Both the position numbers and the translations under genes were made by a program. This document shows positions 24,430 to 36,283 of a stretch of DNA of 64,000 nucleotides, piece after piece. The notes beneath the pieces were generated by a model. The model was not told the origin of the DNA. It was given only the letters and a program-made list of their open reading frames with translations, and searched no databases. Positions within the stretch are counted from its first letter, which is position 1. The number at the start of each line of letters is the position of its first letter. Location: NCBI GenBank assembly GCA_038087875.1, contig CM075988.1, forward strand, positions 20,586,001 through 20,650,000, given 5' to 3'. Source of the DNA: Malacoraja senta (Eukaryota).

Positions 24430-25440
24430 TTACACAGAACTTAAAATAGTTTCTGCAAACAACCCCGCATTAACAATAGGCCGATGGTAAAAATGTTGAA
24501 ACATCAACTCATTGGACCACCCGGTGGCTGCGAGGATATGGTCGACGGGGACGTCTTTTGCCCTGGCCGCCGACGTTTCTGCTGCCCTAGTCAAGTGAGA
24601 CGTAAAAACATAAGTGTTAATACCAGCAGCTGTTAAGACTTCTTTTATCCATCTGGAAATAGTCTGTATTGAAACTCTCTTGTGTGGTTTCTTGTGTGTG
24701 ATCAACAACCCAGTTTCCGTATTCTCAAATTCTTTGTGAGCTCAATGTATTGTAATAAATATGTCTTAATACAGAGACATGGATCATTTGGATATGCTGC
24801 TAGCATAATTTTAAATCCTGTCACACCTGGCCTAATTTACTTTAGTAGGTCATAGATATAGAATGTAACCTTGTCTTCAGTTACTCCCATACTGTCTATT
24901 TGTAATTTTCCAAGTGTTTGCACTCGTTGTGCTGTCACTCATGCCATAAGCATGAATACTTTCATACTGAGCTTGACCAAAGGTAAAGACACACTTGATG
25001 ACCATTCACGAAGTAGTTTCAGTACCACACGTACATCCCAGATTGTCACGTACCTAGGTTTCGGTGGTTTGGAATCAAAGATTCCTTTCATTAGTCTGGA
25101 AACAATTGGGTGTGACCCAATTGAATTTCTTTCTGAATCCAGAACCAAATATGAGGACAATGCACTTCTGGCTGAATTAATTGCACTACAACTCAGACCT
25201 TCATCATAATAACGTTTTGACAGAAATTCTAAACATTTGAAATATCTGCAGTACTTTATTGCACATTCTTTTGTACACAGAACTCTTCCCATTTCTTAAT
25301 ATAAGAAAGGTACTGTTTTTGAGTGCTCTTCCTCCCGGCTGCCGTAAGCATGTCCACAGTATGCTCAGACAGTCCTCGTCCCAGAAAAGTCATTCTTAAA
25401 ACCTGCAAATCAACAAATCCAAACGATGATATAATGGATG
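24430..25440 (-). pseudogene. DIRS tyrosine recombinase (frameshifted)
   Basis: LSCSAINSARSALS..HPIVSRLMKGIF..PRYVTIWDV; TISRWIKEVL..SHLTRAAETS..ILAATGWS..FQHFY (HxxR, GW and catalytic Tyr). Confidence 0.9.
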
Positions 25441-25443
25441 TTG

Positions 25444-25800
25444 TTACCCTGTTACAGGGTGCAGCAATAAATTACTCCTTTTTGGGACTTTCATCAACAT
25501 TTGTGTTGTTAATTCTAATATCAACAGATACCATGGCTGTATAGGCCAATCTGGTACTACCAATACCCTTGAAGCAGCATCTTGCCTGATTTTAAGCAAA
25601 CATTGGCTTATGAGGCAGAAAGGTGGAAATATATATGAAAACATACCACCCCAATGTAGCGAGAAAGCATCAATCGCCACTGCTCCTGGATCTGGTTTCC
25701 ATGAGACATATCTCGATAGCTGATGATTCAAGTCGATGTCGGTCATTCCAAATCTGATTACTATATCATTGAATACCTCTTGATTCAACATACATTCTTT
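25444..25800 (-). pseudogene. DIRS adenine-methyltransferase-like domain
   Basis: DIDL..NHQLSRYVSWKPDPGAVAIDAFSLHW..YIFPPFCLI..LVVPDWPIQPWY, the typical DIRS MT block. Confidence 0.85.
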
Positions 25801-25829
25801 ATTATCATGGAACTTTTCGTGACCTGGTG

Positions 25830-27200
25830 TCTGCTATCGTGTTCATTCTACCTGGTAGATAGACAGCTGAAATCCAAATGTTCTTTTCAATACACCAAGA
25901 CCCAAGTTGATTTAACCATTTTGTCACATGACACTGACTTAATTCCACCCATATCATTAATATAGTCAACTACTGTTGTGTTTATTAATTTGAACTTGAA
26001 CCTTCCTTTTAGTTGTGTTAGAACCATAAGCTTGGAGTCCATAGAAACCTCCTAAAAGCTCCAAATAGGTAATTCCCCATGTCTGCAGTAACACTAACTT
26101 TTCCTGATTCCATCTGCCTCCGTAGCTCCATGTTAAGTCAGTTGCACCCCATCCTAGTGCACTGGCATCAGTTTGTAATATCATGGAAGGTTGTTCAATC
26201 AGCACTTTGCCTGAACTGCTTGAGACATGTAGAATCCACCACTGCAGCTTAGAAACAGCATTTGTTGTTACTTGCATGGTTCTATCAAAATGACCAGCAT
26301 TTACTCTCAGTGCCTGTTCTTTAATTCTCTGCAGCTGTTGATAATGTAATGGTCCATACTGGACTGCTGGGAATCTACCCAGTACTCGAGCCACCTGTCT
26401 GATTAGAGGTTTTTGCTCGTTTAACAGATTACTGCAATCTTTAATCAACTCCACCCTTTTTTCACTGGGCAAAGTAAGTTGCATTTGGCTAAATCAATTG
26501 TGAACCCCAAATAATTAATCGATGTACATGTTTTTAACCTTGATTTCTTTGGATGAATTTAGAAAATCCCCAAACTTTCAAAAGTTTGATTTTATTACTG
26601 CAACCGATGCTTCTGTTGACTGTTTTGTCCTTCCTATAATCAGGACATCATCCAGGTATGCCATTAGTACATGCCCCTGGCTCTCAGCAACCCCAGAATT
26701 GATTTAAACAATTTTATGAATATTCTGGGAGGGAACATTAACCCTTTAGGCAGAGCTTTGAACTGCCCTAATTGGTTCATCCATGTAAATTTAAAATACT
26801 TCATATCTTGCAAGTGAACAGACACTGAACAAAAGGATTCAGCCTTGTCAAGTCTATAGTAATCCTACATCCTCCATCCTTTTTTGATCGAGGGAATATA
26901 TTTGACACAAATTGGTGAATTTGGTAGACTGATTCTTTAATAACACCTTTTATATATAGGGTTTTGAAGCGCAACTTGAACCTCCATTACTTCGCAAAGT
27001 GGAGAGTTCTGCTAGGAACATGCTGGACAGGCAAATCATAATTTGGATTGAATTCAATTCGAAATCCTTGTATATTATTCAGTATTACCACATCTGAAGT
27101 AATCTTCTTCCAATGTTTATAGAAGAGACGTAATCTGCCTCCAACTTTTGGACTTAATCCAGTTAGTATGTTCCCCTGAGAACCAGGTCCACCTACCTCT
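25830..27200 (-). pseudogene. DIRS reverse transcriptase and RNase H (disrupted)
   Basis: VGGRLRLFYKHWKKITSD; FVSNIFPRSKKDGG; YLDD (reverse complement of atcatccaggta, 26648-26659); LQTDASALGWGA; ITYLELLG. Confidence 0.9.
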
Positions 27201-28476
27201 TGAGTCATTTGAGTATTCTGAGATCCCTGGATTCTCCCGGAAGCAGCACCACTGGTCCTTACTCCCGCTGCAGGCCGCCAGCTACGTCCCTGCGTTGATG
27301 AGCGACTTGGTCCTGGTCTAGGATCCGTATGACGTCTGAAAGGATACTTCCTCTTTACAGACTTTGCAACCATTGATGTTTTTATCAATCCTGTTTTCGC
27401 TTCATCTTCCAACTCTTTAATACGTCTCCCGAGATCTCTCCAAAGAGTAAGTTGGGTAATTGTATATTACTTGGTTTGCAGAGTGCTGCGAATTTTGGAT
27501 TCATAGTAGGCCGTATAGCACTTTCCTCAGATAATTGATCTCGAAGTGGGTGCTGCATAGCAACCCCAGTGCTTGCTGATGCAACTTCGTCATCTTTTGG
27601 CTGTTACCTGCTATTCTGGTAAAAGCAGTTATTCCAGAACCCAGCAGCTTTAATATTCTCTGCAACTGATTCCAGATAATTTGGTTCACTGCTGCTGCTT
27701 TCAGCAACCCACAGTTACTTGGGGTCTCCTGCTTTCTTGCAGTCTCATCCATCTCCTGCTGTTCCAGTTAATGGTAAACCAAGTAATTTATTAAGAAGGC
27801 CAGTTCTTCTCCTAATGGCTCTCCTGACCCTGACGGGGCAGCGAATCCTACTGCCAGGGGTGGAACATCTGGCAGCTGCCGTTCATCGCCTTGTACAGCC
27901 TCACCGTCAGAGTCGGGGTCTGAAATCTCATGACCCGTAGCACGCTCCTCATTCCTGAGGGTGCATTCCATCAGCCCTGAGCCAGGTGCTGTTAAGCTGC
28001 TCCTGCAGCTTGGATTACAGTACACTCCTTCCTGAGTGAACTTTGCTCCAACAGCCTATGAAAAAGGCTTTCGATTTGGGCAATACGCTCGAAAGCAGTA
28101 TCTAGCCCTGTACCAGGAGCTTTTTGAGCTGCTTCCAGCAGCTTGGCTTTCAGTACACTCCTCCCTGAGTGAACTTTGCTCCAACAGCCTATGTAAAAGG
28201 CTTTCTATTTGGGCAATACGCTCAAAAGCAGTATCTAGCCCTGGAGCTACTTCCATTGCCTGGGACTCCCTCCGTGGGCCGTTGGGATTTAAACTTTGTC
28301 TTTTGCCCGACAGGCGCTGACTGTGTTTTCACCAGCCCCAGGTCCACAGTCGCTATGCTCACTGCTGGCGACTGTACCGGGGTTTAGTGGCGGTTGGTCT
28401 CTAACCGCAGACTCCCGACTTTCCCGACTTCTGTCGGCTGTGTCGCTCGCCTCTCCCCCCTGTCCGTTTTTTCCAT
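27200..28476 (-). pseudogene. DIRS gag-like ORF1 (disrupted)
   Basis: Lies upstream of RT. Fragment ETPSNCGLLKAAAVNQIIWNQL..; ATG at 28476 in GCCATGG context; internal 133-bp-period duplication. Confidence 0.65.
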
Positions 28477-28784
28477 GGCGTCTGTGGAAAAAATCCCCAT
28501 AGACCCACAGTAAACGGACCTGGAAAACATGAAAAAAGTTTCTACTTACCTTGTAGTTGAAAAACTACAAACCACTGTAGGTGCTCTGCTCCTCACGTCC
28601 GTTTGCGTCAAGGCGTCTGACGTAATGACGCGCAGGCGCACTGGCGGGGTTCTTCACGTAGTCACTCACGTGACTCCAAAGTAAAATCAAACACAGAAAT
28701 CCCAACAGGTGAAGCAAAGTTTTATAGTTGCACAAAGGTTAAATAGTATCTATATAGACAATAAAACAACCCAAGTGGGGAAAG

Positions 28785-29200
28785 TTAGAAAGTTCATGCT
28801 GACCGGTTGCACCATGTCCTGGTTTGGCAACTCAAATGGCCAGGAATGAAGAGACTACAGAGAGTAGTGGACACTGCCTGATCCATCACAGATGCTGATC
28901 TCTAGGAGATGTTGCCTCAAAAAGGCAGCCATTATCGTCAAATAGCCACATCACCATGGCCACGCTCTCATCTCACCACTACCATTGGGAAGAAGGTACA
29001 GGAGCCTGAAAACCATGACCACCAGGTTCAAAAACAGCTTTTTCCCAGCAACCATCAAGCTCTTGAACACTGCACAACACTAACCTCAGCAACTATGATC
29101 TTCCAATGACTATGTCTTTGGTTGCACCAAGGACTTCATTTTTTTTTTGCGCTATTACAGTTACCTAGTATTATAGTTATTAATCTATTGTATTGTAAGT
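28785..29200 (+). mobile_element. Degenerate Rex1/Babar 3' fragment
   Basis: gcatgctgaccggttgc..tggtttggcaac..gaagaaggtacaggagcctg..caggttcaaaaacagc, homologous to 31650-32020. Confidence 0.75.
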
Positions 29201-29204
29201 GCAT

Positions 29205-29912
29205 TGGCTTCCACAGCTATCGTGACTATTCCCCTACCCACTGCATCACATAACGATTCCATTCTGTTCTCTCACTTTCTCCAGCTCCATTACATCGGCT
29301 CTCATGCAGATCACTTGCACACTTTCCCTGAGTTGCCTTCCACCCTAGTTGACAGGCTTCTGAATGGTTGAAGAAGGGTCCCGACCTGAAACAACACCTA
29401 TCCAGGTTCTCCAGAGATGCTGCTTGACTCGCTGAGTTACTCCAGTGCCTTGTGTTCTTTTTGTAAACGAGTATCTGGAGTTTGTTGTTTCTCCCTCTGA
29501 ACTATGTTCCTCTTTCCTCCTACCCAGAACAAGGATAGGCTTGCCCTAGTCCCCAACTTCAGCCCCACCGGACTCCACGTTCAATGGATCTGTCACCTTC
29601 GCTGTGATACCATCATCAGACGCATCTTGCCCTTTTTCCCATCCAGCAATCAGAATGACTCTTCACTCCATGATTCCTGGTTTGCTCTTCCACGCCTATC
29701 AGCATCAACTCCTCTTCTCTTGGCACCTTCTCATAGAGAGACAACGCATGCCATTTTACCGCACTCCTTCCCGCCATCTATTGATGCATGCAGTCCTCTC
29801 TGGTGAAGTAGTGATTCACCGACACCTCTCCCAATCTTGTGCACTGTATTCAATGCTCGTGATGAGGTTTCCTCTACACTTGGAGAAATAATTGCAGATT
29901 TAGTGATCCATT
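29205..29912 (+). mobile_element. Degenerate Penelope ORF (RT thumb to GIY-YIG), interrupted by a hammerhead unit at 29368-29492
   Basis: Patches DSILFSHFLQL, QNKDRLALVPNFSPTGLHVQWI, and SPNLVHCIQCS..GFLY resembling the GIY-YIG onset. Confidence 0.65.
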
Positions 29913-29915
29913 CTA

Positions 29916-30217
29916 GGGCGGCACGGTGGCGCAGCTGATAGAATTGCAGCCTTACGGAGCCAGAGACCCGGGTTCGATCCTGACTATGGGTGTTGTCTGC
30001 ATGGAGTTTGCACGTTCTGCCTGTGACCGCGTGGGTTTTCTCCGGGTGCTCCGGTTTCCTCCCACATTCCAAACGTGTGCGGTTTTGTAGGTTAATTGGC
30101 TTCTGTAAGTTGTCGCTGGTGTGTGGGATAGAGCTATTGTACAGGTGCCCATTTGTTGGCATGGACTCGGTGGGCCAAAGGACCTGTTTCCACACTATCT
30201 CCAAAACTAAACTAAAC
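29916..30217 (+). mobile_element. V/HE1-type SINE
   Basis: gggcggcacggtggcgcagc..gggttcgatcc..tail ctccaaaactaaactaaac. Confidence 0.9.
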
Positions 30218-31051
30218 ATTCAAGCTGGAATAGTGATGATAACCTTCCAATCCACTGATACTTTAATTCTCCAACCCACTCAATGACCTGAAAGATAAAG
30301 CGGTGCCTCCCGCCCACCAGAGACAGTCTCCTTTGAGAAATACCCAGATCAAACCAACTTTCCGTCATTTCATGTTGCCCTGAAGGTAAACGAATTAAAA
30401 TGACAGACCTAGGTTAAATGTTCTAGCGCACTTCCTATAAATCTGCTGATGGTCATGTCTTGATTATCTTTGTAAGTCAACGAATAAGTTGCCGAAATAA
30501 AGCCCATAAACAAAAGATGTCAGTTCATCAAATAAGATTAAATAAAATCAGTACCATCTGGACCTGTAGGAAGATGTCGATTTAATTAAGTTTTATTGCA
30601 GATAATTTTGGATAAACAAACAGCTGATCCCAGTATAATTCTGATCCAAATTGAGAATTACTTTTTTAGAAACCACTTCCTATCAATCTCTTTTGTTTAT
30701 CATTTCAGATGCAAGCAGAATAAGTGCAGACAAGCTCCTTAACAAAGCGGAACTGTTCCCAATTGTATCTGTTTACTAACTTGTAGCGTTCTGAGCAGCC
30801 GGAAAGTCCTTCTCTGAAGATCAGGTGGAAACCATTCTGATCTGAAAGAAAAGAAACAAAGTGCTGGAGGAACTCTCTGAATCAAGCAGCAACTGTGGAA
30901 GGACGGACAGATGCCGCGTCGGTTTGTGAACCTTCCCTGTGGCTGTAGTAGCGAGTTTGTGTCAGAACATGGCCACAATGTTGCTTAATTGTCACATTAC
31001 CTAGGTACAGTGAAATTCTTATTTTTTGTATACAATTCAGTAACAATCTTA

Positions 31052-31374
31052 AAGCTCTGTCCCACGGTACGAGTTCATTCCAAGAGTTCTCCCGAGTTTG
31101 CCCTGATTCGAACTCGGAGATTTACGGTAATGGCCGTAACTCGTCAGTACTCGGGGCTCTCGTGGACATTTTTCATCATGTTGAAAAATCTTCACGAGTC
31201 TTCCCGTGCTTACCTGCCATTAGCGAGTCTTCCCGAGTACCTGCCGTTAGCGCTAAGAGACGTCCCCGAGCTCCGACGTACCCGCTACGTTCATTCTCCG
31301 TGCTTACCACGAGTTTGATTTTTTTTAAACTCGGGAGAGCTCTTGGAATGAACTCGTACCGTGGGACAGGGCTA
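31052..31374. mobile_element. Harbinger-like MITE with long TIRs
   Basis: ctgtcccacggtacgagttcattccaagagttctcccgagttt / aaactcgggagagctcttggaatgaactcgtaccgtgggacag (~43 bp), with tta on both flanks. Confidence 0.85.
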
Positions 31375-31466
31375 TTACTATACATTAAACACAAACATAC
31401 TAAAGTACAAGAGTGGACGATTATAGAAACAAGGAACTGCAGATGCTAGATTACAAAAATAGACAC

Positions 31467-32022
31467 AAGATTCAAGATTCAAGAGAGTTTATTGTCATGT
31501 GTCCCAGATAGGACAATTAAATTCTTGCTTTGCTTCAGCACAACAGAATATTGTAGGCATAAATAATACAGAACAGATCAGTGTGTCCATATACCATTGA
31601 ATATATATATATATACACACATAAATAATCAGATAAAGTGCAGTAGGCTAATTAAAGTTCAGATTTTGTTTGAGTCGAGTTTAATAGTCTGATGGCTGTG
31701 GGGAAGTAGCTATTCCTGAACCTGGTTGTTGCAGATTTCAGGTTCCTGTACCTTCTACCTGAAGGTAGCGGAGAGATGAGTGTGTGGCCAGGATGGTGTG
31801 GGACCTTGATGATGCTGTCAGCCTTTTTGAGGCAGCGACTGTGGTAGATCCCCTCGATGGTAGGGAGGTCAGAGACGATGATGGACTGGGCAGTGTTTAC
31901 AACTTTTTGCAGTCTTTTCCGCTCCTGGGCGCACAAGGTGCCGAACCAAGCCACGATGCAACCGGTCAGCATGCTCTCTACTGTGCACCTGTAAAAGTTC
32001 GAGAGAGTCCTCCTCGACATAC
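31467..32022 (-). mobile_element. Rex1/Babar 3' fragment with (CTTGAAT)n tail
   Basis: GMSRRTLSNFYRCTVESMLTGCIVAWFG..LQKVVNTAQ..LPSGRRYR..RFRNSYFPTAIRLLN. Confidence 0.9.
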
Positions 32023-32264
32023 CGGCAATCACAGGAGGGGGAACTGTGAGAGAGCGTCTCACAAACTCCCATCAGGGAGAGAACGTCTTTAAAGTAGGCA
32101 TACTGTGAGGAGATTTCAGTGGAGCAGTAAAATGGAGACACAAATGTGAATCGAAATGCCGTCTGTCCATTCCCTCCACAGATGCTGACTGACTTGTTGA
32201 GTTTCTCCAACACTTTGTTTTTTGCTCAATATTCCAGTATCTACAATTTATTTTGCTTCTCCTG

Positions 32265-33358
32265 CTTTGAAAGTAACTACTGAAATCATAGCAAATGTAT
32301 TGGATGAGGCAATGCAGATAAAAGCTGAATCAGCAAACTTAATATCATATTTGTATAATATTATCTTAAAAGTAGAAATACCATCTACGGAGGGTATCAG
32401 AAGAGACTGGGAACAAGAGTTAGCTATTAAAATTTCAAAGGAAAGTTGGAATGAACACTTATTAAACGTGCATAAATGTTCGATTAATGTAAGACACACT
32501 TTAATACAATTTAAAATTTTACATAGATTATATTATTCCAAAACTAAAATCCATAAAATTTTCCCAAATGTATCATCCATTTGTGATAAATGTCAATCCC
32601 AAGAAGCTACTATAGCGCACTCATTTGTTTTCTGTACAAACATTCAAAAATTTTGGAACGAAATTTTCGAAATCTTTACAAAATTATTTAAAATAAAACT
32701 GATACCCAAAGCAGAATGGATTATCTTCGGAATAACGGAAGATGGTCCAGAACTAAATGTGTTTCAAAAGAAACTAATAGACTATGGGTTAATAACTGGA
32801 AAAAAGCTAATCCTAAAATTTTGGAAGAAGGCTCCAATACCAACTATAAACATGTGGATTTCAAATATGTTCGAAACATTACACCTAGAAGAGATAAGAC
32901 TCCTCCTGGCAGGTAAACCAGATCACTTCCACCTGACGTGGTCTGCATTTATAGAATTATTACAAATATAGGGTGCAAAGGTACCTTAAAAAAAATTGAG
33001 GTCAGGTAATGGGAGATGATAGTTGGAGAGTTGGTATGTCCCATTTGCGTAATGCTCATAAAAACTATTTGTTTCTCTCTTTTTCCTCTTTCTCTTTCTC
33101 CTTCTTTTCTTAACTCTTTTTCTTTTGTTTTTAATTCTGTTCTTATAGGGTCTTCGTTCTTTCTTGTTGTCACATTTTCTACACTCTCACTTTTTCCTTC
33201 ACTTTCTTCTTTCTTTCAATCTCATCCTTTCCTTTTACTAGTGTAAAAAACAAACGGAGTACATTAATTGTAAGAAGATATAAGTGACGAGTACTAATGT
33301 ATGTGGTTGTAATGTAATGTACTTGTAATAAATAAAAAATAAAAAAATAAAAAATAAA
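32265..33358 (+). mobile_element. L1/Tx1-clade LINE 3' fragment
   Basis: IQFKILHRLYYSKTKIHK..CDKC..H..C..FW (C-terminal zinc knuckle), T-rich 3'UTR, AATAAA and A-rich tail at 33327-33358. Confidence 0.9.
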
Positions 33359-34334
33359 TCATAGCAAGTTGTAATTTCTAATTTACAGAACGTGAGAATG
33401 TTCTATCAACTGCAACTATTACAACGTTTAAAAAACATTTGGCCAGATACATGGATAGGGTGGGTTGAGAAGGATATGGGCCCAAATGCCGGCAGGTGGG
33501 ACTAGTGTAGATGGGGAATGTTGGTCGATGTGGGCAAATTGAGCTGAAGGTCCTATTTTCATGCTGTATGACTCTGTGACCAGCAAAAGAAGCCAGTGCA
33601 ACACTAACCTTTGTCCACCCGTCTGCCAAAGTAACTCCCCTCAAGTGTACCCACCTATCAACTTGCCAGACATTGTCCCGACCACCCACCTCCTTCCCAA
33701 TTTTCTCCCCCCTCCCATTACAATCCGTCTGTAGAAGGGTGCGGACCTGAAACGTGACCTATCAATTTTCTCCACAGATGCTGCCTCACCTGCAGAGTTC
33801 CTCCAGCCACTTTGTGTTTTGCTCTAGATTCCAGCATCTGCAGTTCCATGTGTCTCCATTTCACAATCACTCTATGCTTTATTACAGTGCCCCAAGCCAG
33901 AATTAATTTATTATTGCTTCTTACTGGAATGTTAGTGAGGAGCATGCAATTTAAAATGTTCCAGCTGCAGTGTGAAATACTCCAAAATTTTGATTTTCTG
34001 GCCCATTTCAGGTAGACAAACAAACCTATTATATATGTCAAAATGTCTGCAAATGGAGCATCTGGTTGCAAAATGCTGGAAGAAATGTTTGAATAACACC
34101 AGGAAAAGACCAATTTAAAATTGTTTCCCCTTAAATGCAGTTCAATAATTCTGGCACCTTCCTGTTGTCTTGGGGACCACTTGTCTAGTGATGAGTTTAG
34201 TTTAGTTACTTTTTTTAATTTTTTTAATTTAATAAATTATTTTATTGAACATGTTAAAAAAATATATATATACAAACACAAATAAACTTATAAGCAATAA
34301 AAAAGAAAATAAAACACAAAGGAAAACAAACAAG

Positions 34335-34642
34335 TTTCATTTAGTTTAGTGATACAGCACAGAAATAGGCCCTTCGGTCCACCGAGCCCGCACTGACCAG
34401 CCATCCCTGCACACTAACGCTATCCTACACATACCAGGGACAATTTACAATTATACCAAGCCAATGAACCTACAAACCTATACGCCTTTGGACCGTGGGA
34501 GGAAACCAGAACAACTAAGGAAAACCCACGCGGTCAGGGGGAGAACGTACTACTCTGTACAGATAGCACCCGTGGTCAGGATCGAACCTGGGTCTCTGGC
34601 ACTTTAAGGAAGCATCACTACCGCTGCTCCACCGTGCCACCC
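34335..34642 (-). mobile_element. V/HE1-type SINE
   Basis: Reverse complement of the SINE seen at 29916. Confidence 0.85.
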
Positions 34643-35032
34643 TACAAATAAAAATGGAGGCACAACTTTACAGAACCTGGGTTGCAGGGAACCGTATGGT
34701 GTGCGAGGAGCAGAGAGCAAGGATGTGAGTAATAATGGAGCTCAGGACACATCCACCCGTTGTAAACCCTGGGCCAACGTTGCATATTCTGTTATTATCA
34801 TATTAAATTGAATAAGTTTGCAATGAAAATGCTCCATGCAATTTTTATAACTTATACATATTTAGTATTTAAAACATAGAATCAGAGAGAGAAACAATGT
34901 GGAATTAGACCCTTCAGAGTCTGAGCCAATCTTTAATATTTGACAATTTAAAAAAAATGATAAGATTGTGTTAACTTATAAATGTTATATTTCACATCAA
35001 ATTGAAAGCAGAAAGCAATGAATGAAGCTATC

Positions 35033-35305
35033 TTAGTTTAGTTTAGTTTTGAGATACAGCACGGAAACAGGCCTTTTGGCCAGTGATCCCAATACACTAG
35101 CACTATCCTACAGGCTCGGGACATATACAATTTTACTAAAGCCAATTTACCCACAAACCCATACGTCTTTTGAGTGTGGGAAGAAACTGGAACACCCGAG
35201 GAAAACCCACGCGGTCATAGGGAGAACGTGCAAACTCTGTACAGACAGCACCCGTGGTCAGGATCGAACCTGGGTTTTCTTGAGCTGTGAGGCAGAACTC
35301 TACCT
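35033..35305 (-). mobile_element. V/HE1-type SINE, 5'-clipped
   Basis: ttagtttagttt tail and ggatcgaacc B-box complement. Confidence 0.8.
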
Positions 35306-35702
35306 TATATATATAGCAATTTGCTGACAACAGGACATTGAAATATTTTTGAAGAGCAGATGTAACTTATCTTCAACCTCTTTAGCAGCAAAATTCAACT
35401 TTGACTTGCCGTTACAAAACACATGTAAAAAAATTGACCGCAGATTCTTATCATCTTCATACATTCCATTTCAGTGGATTCCATAAAAACATTGTTACTT
35501 TTCAGTCAGGCTGTCTCAGTTTAGTTTGAACGCTATTTCTTAATCTTACATCGACCACATATGGTGATTCTGTTTTGTACTTGAATATTTTTTGCACTAC
35601 AAGCTTTGCACCATTCTGCTGTTTTGTAACTCGTCAATATATTTATTGTGTAGAAAGGAATTGCAGATGCTGGTTTAAACCGATGCAGATGCTGGTTTAA
35701 AT

Positions 35703-36084
35703 CGCAGTCGCTGCCTCAAAAAGGCTGGCAGTATCATCAAAGACCCACACCATCCTGGCCACACACATCTCCCGCTGCCTTCAGGTAGAAGGTACAGGAG
35801 CCTGAAGACTGCAATGACCAGGTTCAGGAATAGCTGCTTCCCCACAGCCATCAGGCTATTAAACTTGGCTCTGACAAAACTATGAACATTAATAGCCCAT
35901 TATCTGTTATTTGCACTTTATCAGTTTATTTATTCATGTGTGTATATATTTATATAATGATATATGGACACTCTGATCTGTTTTGTAGTCAATGCCTTCT
36001 ATGTTCTGTTGTGCTGAAGCAAAGCAAGAATTTCATTGTCCTATCAAGGACACATGACAATAAACTCACTTGAACTTGAACTTG
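35703..36084 (+). mobile_element. Rex1/Babar 3' fragment nested in a Penelope-derived unit
   Basis: cgctgcctcaaaaaggctggcagtatcatcaaagacccacaccatcc..(cttgaa)n tail. Confidence 0.85.
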
Positions 36085-36283
36085 AGATAGAACCAAAATG
36101 CTGGAATAACTCAGCAGGACAGGCAGCATCTCTGGAGAGAAGGAATGGATGACGTTACGGTTCAAGACCCTTCTTCAGACTGAAGAAGTCTGAAGAAGGG
36201 TCTCGACCCGAAATGTGACCCATTCCTTCTCTCCAGAGATGCTGCCTGTCCCGGTGAGTTACTCCAGCATTTTGGGTCTATCT
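36085..36283. repeat. Penelope-derived ~200-bp hairpin unit with two opposed hammerhead cores
   Basis: Arms ~36085-36181 and ~36187-36283 are reverse complements. Core ctgaagaagggtctcgacccgaaa at 36190-36213. Confidence 0.8.

Larger units (their letters stand above)
23916..28687 (-). mobile_element. DIRS1-type tyrosine-recombinase retrotransposon, complete but degenerate
   Basis: ITR pair at 23990-24024 and 28626-28660. ICR at 24148-24261 is complementary to both outer termini. Gag-RT-RH-MT-YR remnants occur in order on the minus strand. Confidence 0.95.

Noticed and set aside
29916..29990. tRNA-like sequence with A and B boxes
   Set aside because: This is the head of a SINE repeated many times in the window, not a tRNA gene.
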